Shown one piece after another: positions 33,068 through 44,823 of a stretch of DNA of 64,000 nucleotides. The notes under the pieces are model-generated. The model ran no database searches, was not told where the DNA came from, and saw only the letters and a program-made list of their open reading frames with translations. A program made the translations under genes and the position numbers. Every line of letters starts with the position of its first letter. Position 1 is the stretch's first letter. Origin of the DNA: Escherichia coli (GTDB lineage: Bacteria; Pseudomonadota; Gammaproteobacteria; Enterobacterales; Enterobacteriaceae); assembly GCF_003334335.1 (NCBI RefSeq), contig NZ_QOWQ01000019.1. One strand, given 5' to 3'.

Positions 33068-34300
33068 ATGATTACGCACAACTTCAATACCCTGGACTTA
33101 CTCACCAGTCCTGTCTGGATCGTTTCGCCCTTTGAGGAACAGTTAATTTATGCCAATAGCGCGGCGAAACTGTTGATGCAAGACCTCACGTTTAGTCAGC
33201 TACGAACCGGACCCTATTCCGTCTCCTCACAAAAAGAACTGCCGAAATACCTCTCCGATCTGCAAAACCAACACGATATTATCGAAATCCTCACTGTTCA
33301 GCGTAAAGAAGAGGAAACAGCATTGAGCTGTCGGCTTGTTTTGCGAAAGCTGACAGAAACAGAACCGGTGATTATTTTCGAAGGTATCGAAGCGCCGGCA
33401 ACGCTGGGTTTAAAAGCCAGTCGCTCGGCAAATTATCAGCGCAAAAAACAAGGTTTTTATGCGCGCTTTTTTCTGACTAACTCTGCACCAATGTTGTTGA
33501 TTGACCCGTCACGAGATGGACAAATCGTCGATGCTAACCTCGCCGCGCTCAATTTCTATGGTTATAACCATGAAACGATGTGCCAGAAACATACCTGGGA
33601 AATAAATATGCTCGGGCGTCGCGTCATGCCTATCATGCATGAAATCTCGCATTTACCCGGTGGTCATAAACCTTTGAATTTTGTTCATAAACTGGCGGAT
33701 GGTTCGACTCGTCATGTGCAGACCTATGCCGGACCGATTGAAATTTATGGCGACAAGCTCATGTTATGTATTGTGCATGATATTACTGAGCAAAAACGGC
33801 TGGAGGAGCAGCTGGAACATGCTGCTCACCATGACGCGATGACCGGATTACTGAATCGGCGACAGTTTTATCACATTACGGAACCAGGCCAAATGCAGCA
33901 TCTCGCCATCGCTCAGGATTACAGCTTGTTGCTCATCGACACCGATCGTTTTAAACACATTAACGATCTCTATGGGCATTCTAAAGGTGATGAGGTGTTA
34001 TGCGCCCTCGCCCGCACCCTCGAAAGTTGCGCTCGCAAAGGCGATTTGGTGTTTCGTTGGGGAGGCGAAGAGTTTGTCTTATTGCTACCAAGAACCCCAC
34101 TGGATACCGCGCTTTCGCTGGCTGAAACTATCCGCGTAAGCGTGGCAAAAGTGAGTATTTCGGGCTTACCACGCTTTACCGTCAGCATTGGTGTGGCGCA
34201 TCACGAAGGAAATGAAAGCATCGATGAACTGTTTAAACGCGTTGATGATGCTTTGTATCGGGCGAAAAATGATGGACGCAACCGCGTGCTGGCGGCATAA
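33068..34300 (+). CDS. dgcM: DgcM (YdaM), PAS-GGDEF diguanylate cyclase
   Basis: ORF with PAS domains and a GGEEF active site (VFRWGGEEFVLL); I placed the start at the internal Met MITHNF, giving 410 aa. Confidence 0.85.
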   Translation: MITHNFNTLDLLTSPVWIVSPFEEQLIYANSAAKLLMQDLTFSQLRTGPYSVSSQKELPKYLSDLQNQHDIIEILTVQRKEEETALSCRLVLRKLTETEPVIIFEGIEAPATLGLKASRSANYQRKKQGFYARFFLTNSAPMLLIDPSRDGQIVDANLAALNFYGYNHETMCQKHTWEINMLGRRVMPIMHEISHLPGGHKPLNFVHKLADGSTRHVQTYAGPIEIYGDKLMLCIVHDITEQKRLEEQLEHAAHHDAMTGLLNRRQFYHITEPGQMQHLAIAQDYSLLLIDTDRFKHINDLYGHSKGDEVLCALARTLESCARKGDLVFRWGGEEFVLLLPRTPLDTALSLAETIRVSVAKVSISGLPRFTVSIGVAHHEGNESIDELFKRVDDALYRAKNDGRNRVLAA

Positions 34301-34320
34301 GCCGCGGATGCGTCTCGAGA

Positions 34321-34884
34321 TCAACGACTGCGCTTAGCGTGGCGCTCCCAGTTTTCTTGCTTCGCCTGCGCCGTTTTACGTAGTGCGACGTAACACGCCC
34401 CGCTGCCGCCATGATGCGGTAGCGCGGTGCAATATGCCTGAACATCATCAAATTCGGTCAGCCAGCGCGCCACATAGCTGCGGACAATATTGGCATGCGA
34501 TTTATCATCCCGCCCTTTACCATGAATAATCAGCACGTTACGCAAACCATCCGCCAGGGCTTGTTGAATAAAACTGAACACCATTTTGCGGCACTCTTCC
34601 ACCGGCTGGCGCAAAAGATTCAGGCTCGCCTGTTGCGGATATTTACCACTGCGCAGCTTATCCAGCACCCCATGTTGCAACCCTTCCCGCCGAAACTCCA
34701 GCGGCTGACTTAGTGGGATGATGTCGAGAAATCCGGTGGTGAGGAAATTATCAAGCTGCAGCGTGTCGATACGCTGCGGCGCACGTTGGTTACGCGTTGG
34801 ATGCCAGTGGACATCGGTAGCACGTTTCAGCGGCTGGACATCTTCCATGGCGTCAAGAAACAGCGATTTGTCGTCAAGGTTCAT
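34321..34884 (-). CDS. smrA: SmrA (YdaL), Smr-domain DNA endonuclease
   Basis: 187-aa ORF with an Smr domain (LIIHGKGRD...). Confidence 0.8.
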   Translation of the reverse strand: MNLDDKSLFLDAMEDVQPLKRATDVHWHPTRNQRAPQRIDTLQLDNFLTTGFLDIIPLSQPLEFRREGLQHGVLDKLRSGKYPQQASLNLLRQPVEECRKMVFSFIQQALADGLRNVLIIHGKGRDDKSHANIVRSYVARWLTEFDDVQAYCTALPHHGGSGACYVALRKTAQAKQENWERHAKRSR

Positions 34885-35111
34885 GTTACATCCTCCCGCA
34901 ATTAAGAGCGCGATATGATAACCAGACCGGGTCGGTCCAACAACGTATTACCCAAATTTCCAGTAATAAGTTCCAAATATTGCCGATATTTTAAGCAAAA
35001 TACTTATGCATGATTATTCATTCACGATATTAATAATGTAACTTATATTTTCGTGAAATCTGTCACTGAAGAAAATTGGCAACTAAAGGTTAAAACCGTT
35101 ATAACACAGTC

Positions 35112-35206
35112 ACCGGCGCAGAGGAGACAATGCCGGATTTAAGACGCGGATGCACTGCTGTGTGTACTGTAGAGTCTGGCGGATGTCGACAGACTCTATT
35201 TTTTTA
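35112..35206 (+). ncRNA. mcaS: McaS (IsrA), Hfq/CsrA-binding sRNA
   Basis: ACCGGCGCAGAGGAGACAATGCCGGATTTAAGACGCGGATGCACTGCTGTGTGTACTGTAGAGTCTGGCGGATGTCGACAGACTCTATTTTTTT (95 nt with a terminal hairpin and T-run), in the conserved smrA-abgR intergenic position. Confidence 0.7.
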
Positions 35207-35213
35207 TGCAGTT

Positions 35214-36122
35214 TTAACTTTGCAGATAGCCGCATTCTCGCCGGAATTGCGTGATTAATGACGCGGTCAGTGGTGTCTGGCGACTATCACGCCGCTGAAT
35301 CAAATAATAGGCCGCTTTCGGTAAAATTTCGCTAACCGGCAACATCACCAGCCCCTGTCCGTGCAAGGGATCGCAGCCCATTTCTTCAGGCAGTATGCTG
35401 AGAAAATCGCTTTTTGCCACCAGACTGATACAGGCTGAGAACGTCTCGCAGACTACACCGACCTGTGGCGTTTGCGCCTGATCGTCAAGCAATTCACTCA
35501 ACTGTTTGTAGTAGCTGCCGTGTGGCGTCGGCATTGTCCAGCTGTAATCCAGTAACTGTTTGATCGAACGGGCACCAATGGCGGGGTGTCCCGGGCGGCA
35601 AAAGATCGCGAATTGCTTTTCCAGTAATTTCTCAAAAGTAAATTCGTGGTCGTACGGTCCCTGATAATAGGTATTGATGGTGAAATCCAATTCTCCCTGA
35701 CGCAATTCATTAATCATCGACACCAGTTGCCCTTCCATAATGCGTACTTTTACCTGCGGATGCTGCTGATGAAAACGAGATATGACAGCTGGCATCAGAC
35801 TGCGGGAAATACTGGCCCCCATGCCGATATTAATCTGCCCTGCCAGTTGCCCTTGTCGTTGGCGAATATCCTCTTGGGCTGCGCGCAGCTCTTCAAGAAT
35901 TAGACTGGCGTGCTGATAAAAACTTTCACCGGCATCAGTTAACGTCACGCCTTTACTACGGCGAAAAAAGAGTTGCGCCGCTAACCCTTCTTCTAGCTCC
36001 TGAATAGATTTACTCAGTGCCGGTTGCGACATATTCAACATTCGGCTCGCTCCGCGAATGCTGCCCTGACGAGCCACTTCAACAAAAGCCCGAATTTGAT
36101 GAATTTTTACCTGAAAAGCCAT
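35214..36122 (-). CDS. abgR: AbgR, LysR-family regulator of the abg operon
   Basis: 302-aa LysR-type ORF with an N-terminal helix-turn-helix, divergent from abgA. Confidence 0.85.
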   Translation of the reverse strand: MAFQVKIHQIRAFVEVARQGSIRGASRMLNMSQPALSKSIQELEEGLAAQLFFRRSKGVTLTDAGESFYQHASLILEELRAAQEDIRQRQGQLAGQINIGMGASISRSLMPAVISRFHQQHPQVKVRIMEGQLVSMINELRQGELDFTINTYYQGPYDHEFTFEKLLEKQFAIFCRPGHPAIGARSIKQLLDYSWTMPTPHGSYYKQLSELLDDQAQTPQVGVVCETFSACISLVAKSDFLSILPEEMGCDPLHGQGLVMLPVSEILPKAAYYLIQRRDSRQTPLTASLITQFRRECGYLQS

Positions 36123-36297
36123 GACGCCACCGATAACCGTTATTTATCAGACCAAAGAAACTGGCATCTACTTTAATGCAGATGATTGTGTCAGGGTAAT
36201 TTATGAACGGTTAAAACTGTGAAAAATCAGTTAGTGATAAGTAAAAACTATCGCTACGTGAACCGGGTCACACTTTTTACTGATGACGGGAAAGGTT

Positions 36298-37608
36298 ATG
36301 GAGTCTTTGAATCAATTTGTTAATTCGCTTGCCCCAAAATTATCGCACTGGCGACGTGATTTTCATCACTATGCAGAGTCTGGCTGGGTGGAATTCCGCA
36401 CTGCCACCCTTGTTGCGGAAGAATTGCACCAGCTCGGCTATTCACTGGCGCTGGGTCGCGAAGTAGTTAATGAAAGTAGCCGGATGGGATTACCTGATGA
36501 ATTCACTCTACAACGCGAATTCGAGCGCGCTCGTCAACAGGGTGCGCTAGCACAATGGATTGCGGCTTTTGAAGGTGGTTTCACTGGTATCGTCGCCACC
36601 CTGGATACCGGTCGCCCCGGTCCGGTGATGGCTTTCCGTGTCGATATGGACGCGCTGGATCTCAGTGAAGAGCAGGATGTCAGCCATCGCCCCTACCGCG
36701 ACGGTTTTGCGTCATGTAACGCCGGAATGATGCATGCCTGTGGTCATGATGGACATACCGCCATTGGGCTTGGGCTGGCGCATACCCTTAAACAGTTCGA
36801 GTCCGGACTACATGGCGTCATCAAACTGATTTTTCAGCCTGCAGAGGAAGGTACGCGTGGCGCGCGGGCGATGGTCGATGCAGGTGTCGTAGATGATGTT
36901 GATTATTTTACTGCCGTGCACATTGGCACTGGCGTACCTGCGGGCACCGTGGTGTGCGGCAGTGATAATTTTATGGCAACCACCAAATTTGACGCGCACT
37001 TCACCGGTACCGCCGCTCACGCAGGCGCAAAACCAGAAGACGGTCACAATGCCTTGTTGGCGGCAGCACAAGCCACTCTTGCACTGCATGCAATCGCCCC
37101 GCACAGCGAAGGAGCTTCCAGAGTAAACGTGGGCGTTATGCAGGCAGGAAGCGGTCGTAACGTTGTTCCTGCCTCGGCGTTGCTGAAAGTGGAAACACGC
37201 GGGGCCAGCGACGTCATTAATCAATATGTTTTTGACCGTGCACAACAAGCGATTCAGGGCGCAGCAACCATGTATGGTGTCGGCGTTGAAACTCGTCTGA
37301 TGGGTGCAGCTACCGCCAGTTCTCCTTCGCCGCAATGGGTCGCATGGTTGCAAAGTCAGGCGGCTCAGGTCGCGGGGGTCAATCAGGCCATTGAACGTGT
37401 TGAAGCGCCTGCGGGTTCCGAAGATGCCACATTAATGATGGCCCGCGTGCAGCAACATCAAGGGCAAGCCTCCTACGTGGTGTTTGGCACACAGCTGGCG
37501 GCAGGTCATCACAACGAAAAATTCGATTTTGACGAGCAGGTTCTCGCTATTGCCGTCGAAACGCTGGCGCGCACCGCGCTCAATTTTCCCTGGACGCGAG
37601 GTATCTGA
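36298..37608 (+). CDS. abgA: AbgA, p-aminobenzoyl-glutamate hydrolase subunit A (M20 peptidase)
   Basis: 436-aa M20-family amidohydrolase from the internal Met MESLNQ; the longest ORF starts at 36283. Confidence 0.85.
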   Translation: MESLNQFVNSLAPKLSHWRRDFHHYAESGWVEFRTATLVAEELHQLGYSLALGREVVNESSRMGLPDEFTLQREFERARQQGALAQWIAAFEGGFTGIVATLDTGRPGPVMAFRVDMDALDLSEEQDVSHRPYRDGFASCNAGMMHACGHDGHTAIGLGLAHTLKQFESGLHGVIKLIFQPAEEGTRGARAMVDAGVVDDVDYFTAVHIGTGVPAGTVVCGSDNFMATTKFDAHFTGTAAHAGAKPEDGHNALLAAAQATLALHAIAPHSEGASRVNVGVMQAGSGRNVVPASALLKVETRGASDVINQYVFDRAQQAIQGAATMYGVGVETRLMGAATASSPSPQWVAWLQSQAAQVAGVNQAIERVEAPAGSEDATLMMARVQQHQGQASYVVFGTQLAAGHHNEKFDFDEQVLAIAVETLARTALNFPWTRGI

Positions 37609-39053
37609 TGCAGGAAATCTATCGTTTTATCGACGATGCGATTGAAGCCGATCGCCAACGTTATACCGATATTGCCGATCAAATCTGGGATCATCCAGAA
37701 ACACGTTTTGAAGAGTTCTGGTCAGCGGAGCATCTGGCTTCGGCGCTGGAATCTGCAGGCTTCACCGTTACCCGCAACGTAGGCAATATCCCAAATGCCT
37801 TTATTGCTTCGTTTGGTCAAGGCAAACCGGTTATCGCCCTGCTGGGAGAATATGACGCCCTGGCAGGTTTAAGTCAGCAAGCAGGTTGCGCGCAACCTAC
37901 ATCCGTGACGCCCGGTGAAAATGGTCACGGTTGCGGACACAATTTGCTGGGAACCGCCGCCTTTGCCGCTGCAATAGCCGTCAAGAAATGGCTGGAACAA
38001 TATGGGCAAGGCGGCACGGTGCGCTTTTATGGTTGTCCTGGCGAAGAAGGCGGCTCGGGTAAAACGTTCATGGTTCGCGAGGGGGTATTTGATGATGTGG
38101 ATGCGGCACTCACCTGGCACCCGGAAGCCTTTGCCGGTATGTTCAATACCCGCACGCTGGCAAACATTCAGGCATCATGGCGCTTTAAAGGGATCGCAGC
38201 ACATGCCGCGAATTCCCCTCATTTGGGACGCAGCGCCCTTGATGCCGTAACGTTGATGACCACTGGCACCAACTTCCTCAACGAACATATTATTGAAAAA
38301 GCGCGCGTACACTATGCCATCACAAATAGCGGCGGGATCTCGCCCAACGTGGTCCAGGCGCAGGCAGAAGTGCTTTATCTTATCCGCGCCCCCGAAATGA
38401 CCGACGTGCAGCATATTTATGATCGGGTCGCCAAAATCGCCGAAGGTGCGGCATTGATGACCGAAACCACGGTTGAATGCCGCTTCGACAAAGCCTGTTC
38501 CAGTTATCTCCCGAATCGCACCTTAGAAAATGCCATGTACCAGGCCCTATCCCATTTTGGTACCCCGGAATGGAACTCCGAAGAACTGGCTTTTGCGAAA
38601 CAAATTCAGGCTACGCTCACCTCCAACGATCGGCAAAACAGTCTGAATAATATCGCCGCAACCGGTGGCGAAAACGGCAAGGTTTTTGCACTACGTCATC
38701 GTGAAACGGTACTGGCGAATGAAGTCGCTCCATATGCCGCCACCGATAACGTGCTTGCGGCATCGACTGATGTCGGCGACGTCAGTTGGAAACTGCCTGT
38801 TGCCCAGTGTTTCAGCCCCTGTTTTGCCGTCGGTACACCGCTACATACGTGGCAACTGGTTAGCCAGGGGCGAACATCTATTGCTCATAAAGGAATGCTG
38901 CTGGCGGCGAAAACTATGGCAGCAACCACAGTCAATCTCTTCCTTGATTCAGGGCTATTGCAAGAATGCCAACAAGAGCATCAGCAAGTAACGGACACGC
39001 AACCGTATCACTGCCCTATCCCGAAAAACGTGACACCGTCACCTTTAAAATAA
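37608..39053 (+). CDS. abgB: AbgB, p-aminobenzoyl-glutamate hydrolase subunit B (M20 peptidase)
   Basis: 481-aa M20-family ORF whose start overlaps the abgA stop (TGATG). Confidence 0.85.
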   Translation: MQEIYRFIDDAIEADRQRYTDIADQIWDHPETRFEEFWSAEHLASALESAGFTVTRNVGNIPNAFIASFGQGKPVIALLGEYDALAGLSQQAGCAQPTSVTPGENGHGCGHNLLGTAAFAAAIAVKKWLEQYGQGGTVRFYGCPGEEGGSGKTFMVREGVFDDVDAALTWHPEAFAGMFNTRTLANIQASWRFKGIAAHAANSPHLGRSALDAVTLMTTGTNFLNEHIIEKARVHYAITNSGGISPNVVQAQAEVLYLIRAPEMTDVQHIYDRVAKIAEGAALMTETTVECRFDKACSSYLPNRTLENAMYQALSHFGTPEWNSEELAFAKQIQATLTSNDRQNSLNNIAATGGENGKVFALRHRETVLANEVAPYAATDNVLAASTDVGDVSWKLPVAQCFSPCFAVGTPLHTWQLVSQGRTSIAHKGMLLAAKTMAATTVNLFLDSGLLQECQQEHQQVTDTQPYHCPIPKNVTPSPLK

Positions 39054-39089
39054 CAACAACAACGCAAACACAACAACCGAGGAATGCCC

Positions 39090-40616
39090 ATGAGTATGTC
39101 ATCCATACCGTCGTCCTCCCAATCCGGGAAGCTCTATGGCTGGGTCGAAAGAATTGGTAACAAGGTTCCCCATCCTTTTCTGCTCTTTATCTATTTGATT
39201 ATCGTACTCATGGTGACGACGGCAATTTTGTCGGCCTTTGGCGTCAGTGCGAAAAACCCGACCGATGGTACGCCGGTCGTGGTGAAAAACCTGCTCAGTG
39301 TGGAAGGATTACACTGGTTTTTACCCAATGTTATTAAAAACTTTAGCGGTTTTGCTCCACTTGGTGCGATCCTGGCGCTGGTTTTAGGTGCCGGTCTGGC
39401 GGAGCGCGTCGGCTTACTGCCAGCACTAATGGTTAAAATGGCATCGCATGTTAATGCCCGCTACGCCAGTTATATGGTGCTGTTTATTGCTTTTTTCAGC
39501 CACATTTCTTCCGATGCGGCGTTAGTGATCATGCCACCGATGGGTGCGCTGATTTTTCTGGCGGTGGGCAGGCATCCAGTTGCAGGTTTACTGGCTGCCA
39601 TTGCAGGCGTAGGTTGCGGCTTTACGGCTAATTTACTGATTGTCACAACCGACGTGTTGCTGTCGGGGATCAGCACGGAAGCGGCAGCTGCGTTCAATCC
39701 GCAAATGCACGTCAGTGTAATTGATAACTGGTATTTTATGGCCAGCTCCGTAGTCGTACTGACGATTGTTGGCGGCCTGATAACCGACAAAATCATCGAG
39801 CCACGGTTAGGTCAATGGCAGGGAAACAGCGATGAGAAACTGCAGACATTGACCGAAAGTCAGCGTTTTGGTTTACGCATAGCAGGTGTCGTATCGCTAC
39901 TTTTTATTGCTGCGATTGCGCTGATGGTGATCCCGCAAAACGGGATATTGCGCGATCCGATTAATCACACCGTGATGCCATCACCCTTTATTAAAGGTAT
40001 CGTGCCACTGATCATTCTTTTTTTCTTTGTTGTCTCGCTGGCTTATGGCATCGCTACCCGCACAATTCGACGTCAGGCGGATTTACCGCATTTAATGATT
40101 GAACCGATGAAAGAGATGGCGGGATTTATCGTGATGGTTTTTCCCCTCGCCCAATTTGTCGCCATGTTTAACTGGAGCAACATGGGGAAATTCATCGCCG
40201 TGGGGCTGACCGATATACTGGAAAGTTCAGGGCTTAGCGGCATCCCGGCGTTTGTCGGTCTGGCGTTGCTTTCCTCTTTCTTATGCATGTTTATTGCCAG
40301 CGGTTCCGCAATCTGGTCGATTCTTGCCCCCATTTTCGTACCAATGTTTATGCTACTTGGCTTTCACCCGGCATTTGCGCAAATCCTCTTTCGTATTGCC
40401 GACTCATCCGTATTGCCTTTAGCGCCGGTATCTCCTTTTGTTCCACTGTTTCTTGGATTCCTGCAACGCTACAAACCAGACGCGAAACTGGGTACTTACT
40501 ATTCGTTAGTCTTGCCCTATCCACTTATCTTTTTGGTGGTATGGCTGCTGATGTTGCTGGCGTGGTATCTTGTCGGTCTGCCGATAGGTCCGGGTATTTA
40601 CCCACGTTTGTCTTAA
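39090..40616 (+). CDS. abgT: AbgT, p-aminobenzoyl-glutamate transporter
   Basis: 508-aa polytopic membrane protein immediately downstream of abgB; the longest ORF starts at 39084. Confidence 0.85.
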
Positions 40617-40626
40617 GAGAGAACGG

Positions 40627-41142
40627 ATGCTGAGATTACTTGAAGAAAAAATTGCCACGCCACTGGGTCCACTGTGGGTGATTTGCGATGAGCAATTTCG
40701 CCTGCGGGCGGTTGAATGGGAAGAGTACAGCGAACGCATGGTGCAGCTGCTGGACATCCATTATCGCAAAGAAGGCTATGAGCGCATTTCTGCCACCAAT
40801 CCAGGCGGTTTAAGCGACAAGCTTCGTGAATATTTTGCCGGTAATCTTAGCATTATTGATACGCTTCCCACTGCTACGGGGGGGACGCCATTTCAGCGCG
40901 AAGTCTGGAAAACACTACGCACTATCCCCTGCGGGCAGGTAATGCATTACGGCCAACTGGCTGAGCAATTGGGCCGTCCTGGCGCGGCGCGTGCCGTTGG
41001 TGCGGCAAACGGATCGAATCCCATCAGCATCGTCGTACCTTGCCATCGGGTTATTGGCCGAAACGGCACCATGACCGGATATGCAGGCGGAGTTCAGCGA
41101 AAAGAGTGGTTATTGCGCCATGAAGGTTATCTTTTGCTGTAA
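40627..41142 (+). CDS. ogt: Ogt, O6-alkylguanine-DNA alkyltransferase
   Basis: 171-aa ORF with the active-site motif PCHRVIG. Confidence 0.9.
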
Positions 41143-41336
41143 ACATTAAACAATTTGTGCCAGCTTGTTCACACTTTTATGTAAAGTTACCCTTAACAAC
41201 TTAAGGGTTTTCAAATAGATAGACATATATTTACATCTAATATCGGAATTCTCTGCTGTTAAGGTTTGCTTAGACTTACTTGCTCCCTAAAAAGATGTTA
41301 AAATTGACAAATATCAATTACGGCTTGAGCAGACCT

Positions 41337-42089
41337 ATGATCCCGGAAAAGCGAATTATACGGCGCATTCAGTCTGGCGGTTGTGCTATCCATTGCCAGG
41401 ATTGCAGCATCAGCCAGCTTTGCATCCCGTTCACACTCAACGAACATGAGCTTGATCAGCTTGATAATATCATTGAGCGGAAGAAGCCTATTCAGAAAGG
41501 CCAGACGCTGTTTAAGGCTGGTGATGAACTTAAATCGCTTTATGCCATCCGCTCCGGTACGATTAAAAGTTATACCATCACTGAGCAAGGCGACGAGCAA
41601 ATCACTGGTTTCCATTTAGCAGGCGACCTGGTGGGATTTGACGCCATCGGCAGCGGCCATCACCCGAGCTTCGCGCAGGCGCTGGAAACCTCGATGGTAT
41701 GTGAAATCCCGTTCGAAACGCTGGACGATTTGTCCGGTAAAATGCCGAATCTGCGTCAGCAGATGATGCGTCTGATGAGCGGTGAAATCAAAGGCGATCA
41801 GGACATGATCCTGCTGTTGTCGAAGAAAAATGCCGAGGAACGTCTGGCTGCATTCATCTACAACCTGTCCCGTCGTTTTGCCCAACGCGGCTTCTCCCCT
41901 CGTGAATTCCGCCTGACGATGACTCGTGGCGATATCGGTAACTATCTGGGCCTGACGGTAGAAACCATCAGCCGTCTGCTGGGTCGCTTCCAGAAAAGCG
42001 GCATGCTGGCAGTCAAAGGTAAATACATCACCATCGAAAATAACGATGCGCTGGCCCAGCTTGCTGGTCATACGCGTAACGTTGCCTGA
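41337..42089 (+). CDS. fnr: FNR, oxygen-sensing global transcription regulator
   Basis: 250-aa CRP/FNR-family ORF from the internal Met [29 protein letters not shown], which contains the N-terminal Fe-S cysteine cluster. Confidence 0.95.
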
Positions 42090-42240
42090 TTTTTCCGCAT
42101 AACTCACTATCCTTCTGTCATATCATTAAATTTTTCTGATTTATTGATCTGGCAGAAGGTTCATCACTGTTTCATTCACCAGATATGGGTTAATCTTTTA
42201 ATTACAAACTGCGTTGACAGTTGTTGTAAGGAGACCCTGT

Positions 42241-43191
42241 ATGGCTATGTATCAGAACATGCTCGTTGTTATCGATCCTAACCAGGACGACCAACCAGCA
42301 TTGCGGCGAGCTGTTTATTTACATCAACGGATTGGTGGCAAAATTAAAGCCTTTTTGCCGATCTATGACTTCTCATACGAAATGACCACCCTGCTCTCCC
42401 CGGACGAACGTACCGCTATGCGTCAGGGCGTCATCAGCCAGCGTACAGCCTGGATCCACGAGCAGGCAAAATATTATCTCAATGCTGGCGTTCCCATTGA
42501 AATTAAAGTGGTCTGGCATAACCGTCCTTTCGAAGCCATCATTCAGGAAGTGATCAGCGGCGGACACGATTTGGTGCTAAAAATGGCGCACCAACATGAC
42601 CGTCTGGAAGCGGTGATTTTTACGCCAACGGACTGGCATCTGTTACGCAAATGCCCAAGCCCGGTGTGGATGGTGAAAGACCAGCCGTGGCCGGAAGGAG
42701 GCAAGGCGCTGGTGGCGGTGAATCTCGCCAGTGAAGAGCCGTATCATAATGCGCTCAATGAAAAACTGGTCAAAGAGACGATCGAACTGGCAGAACAAGT
42801 CAACCATACCGAAGTTCATCTGGTTGGCGCTTATCCGGTAACGCCAATTAATATCGCGATTGAACTGCCGGAATTTGACCCGAGCGTTTATAACGATGCC
42901 ATTCGTGGGCAACATTTGCTGGCAATGAAAGCCCTGCGGCAGAAATTCGGCATTAATGAAAACATGACGCACGTAGAAAAAGGTCTGCCAGAAGAGGTGA
43001 TTCCTGATTTGGCGGAGCACTTACAGGCGGGGATTGTGGTTCTGGGCACGGTAGGACGCACCGGTATTTCAGCAGCATTCCTCGGCAACACGGCGGAACA
43101 GGTGATTGATCATCTTCGCTGCGACCTGCTGGTCATTAAACCTGACCAGTATCAGACACCCGTTGAACTGGATGACGAAGAAGACGATTAA
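42241..43191 (+). CDS. uspE: UspE, tandem-domain universal stress protein
   Basis: 316-aa ORF from the internal Met [25 protein letters not shown]. Confidence 0.9.
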   Translation: MAMYQNMLVVIDPNQDDQPALRRAVYLHQRIGGKIKAFLPIYDFSYEMTTLLSPDERTAMRQGVISQRTAWIHEQAKYYLNAGVPIEIKVVWHNRPFEAIIQEVISGGHDLVLKMAHQHDRLEAVIFTPTDWHLLRKCPSPVWMVKDQPWPEGGKALVAVNLASEEPYHNALNEKLVKETIELAEQVNHTEVHLVGAYPVTPINIAIELPEFDPSVYNDAIRGQHLLAMKALRQKFGINENMTHVEKGLPEEVIPDLAEHLQAGIVVLGTVGRTGISAAFLGNTAEQVIDHLRCDLLVIKPDQYQTPVELDDEEDD

Positions 43192-43212
43192 CGACTCTTC
43201 AATAACTGACAA

Positions 43213-43238
43213 GGCCCGAGTTATCGGGCCTATTTTTT
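43213..43238. terminator. Bidirectional terminator between convergent uspE and ynaJ
   Basis: ggcccga-gttatc-gggcc followed by tattttttt. Confidence 0.65.
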
Positions 43239-43240
43239 AC

Positions 43241-43498
43241 TTACTGCTCTTCGCCGCCAAGGAAATAAATTCCCAACGGGATTGCCAGCAACACAGTAAA
43301 GACCAGGCTATAAACAAAAATCATCGATGACTGAATCACATACATTGATGTCGTCCACTCAGACAGCGGAATATTGTACTGTTCTATAACGCCGCCGATG
43401 GTCGCGCGAGTCACAACCGACGCCGCAATAATGAAAACCGCCAACAAACCAAAGAGAAATTTCTTCCCTTTCGCTGACTTCAGTTTCGCCATAATCAT
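43241..43498 (-). CDS. ynaJ: YnaJ, small inner-membrane protein (DUF2534)
   Basis: 85-aa ORF with two predicted transmembrane segments. Confidence 0.75.
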   Translation of the reverse strand: MIMAKLKSAKGKKFLFGLLAVFIIAASVVTRATIGGVIEQYNIPLSEWTTSMYVIQSSMIFVYSLVFTVLLAIPLGIYFLGGEEQ

Positions 43499-43741
43499 GA
43501 TGTAATCCTTGTGCAGACAAATTTCTTGTTACCTAAACGTAACAATACCATGACATTTCACCGTTGTCTGCTCTGAAAACCTCACCTCTTAGCTGGATTT
43601 ACAATCAACGCATTGATTAGTTAGCTAATGTTGCTACTTCCTTCCCTGACTATTGATGATCTGAATGAATTGTCGCGGTAAAATAGCCCCGCCAGGGGTT
43701 TCCGGCATGACGACAATTATCTGGAGGAGCCTGATAAAACA

Positions 43742-44773
43742 ATGATCGCTGAACTGTTTACAAATAATGCGCTTAATCTGGTCATTATTTTCGGTAGCTG
43801 CGCAGCATTGATTCTGATGAGCTTTTGGTTTCGCCGTGGAAATCGTAAAAGAAAAGGATTTTTATTCCATGCGGTGCAATTTTTAATCTACACCATAATT
43901 ATCAGTGCTGTTGGTAGCATTATTAATTATGTTATAGAAAACTATAAACTCAAATTTATCACCCCAGGCGTTATCGATTTTATCTGTACGTCCCTGATTG
44001 CGGTTATTCTGACGATTAAGCTATTTCTGCTGATTAATCAGTTTGAAAAACAGCAGATTAAAAAAGGTCGCGATATCACCAGTGCGCGGATTATGTCGCG
44101 TATCATCAAAATCACCATTATTGTGGTGCTTGTTCTGCTTTATGGCGAACATTTCGGCATGAGCCTTTCTGGCTTGCTGACCTTTGGTGGTATTGGTGGT
44201 CTGGCTGTCGGTATGGCCGGTAAAGATATTCTGAGTAACTTCTTTTCCGGGATTATGCTCTATTTCGACCGTCCTTTCAGTATTGGCGACTGGATCCGTT
44301 CACCGGACAGAAATATCGAAGGTACAGTAGCGGAAATTGGCTGGCGAATTACCAAAATTACGACCTTTGATAATCGTCCATTGTACGTACCGAACTCGCT
44401 GTTTTCGTCGATCAGCGTAGAAAACCCAGGACGAATGACCAACCGCCGCATTACCACGACCATTGGTTTACGTTATGAGGATGCGGCAAAAGTGGGCGTT
44501 ATTGTCGAAGCTGTACGTGAGATGCTGAAAAATCACCCGGCCATCGACCAGCGACAAACCTTACTGGTTTATTTCAACCAGTTTGCTGACTCTTCATTGA
44601 ATATTATGGTTTATTGCTTTACCAAAACCACGGTATGGGCTGAATGGCTTGCTGCACAGCAAGACGTTTATTTGAAGATTATCGATATTGTACAGTCACA
44701 CGGCGCGGACTTTGCCTTCCCCAGCCAGACGCTGTATATGGATAACATTACACCGCCGGAACAGGGTCGCTAA
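43742..44773 (+). CDS. ynaI: YnaI, MscS-family mechanosensitive channel
   Basis: 343-aa ORF with N-terminal transmembrane helices and an MscS beta-domain. Confidence 0.85.
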
Positions 44774-44823
44774 ATCAGACATCACTGGCGTTATGCACAA
44801 GGGTAACGCCAGTTCCCATCACA

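Noticed and set aside
36808-37353. 181-aa minus-strand ORF inside abgA
   Set aside because: It is antisense to a well-supported gene, is Cys/Arg-rich and has no homology signal.
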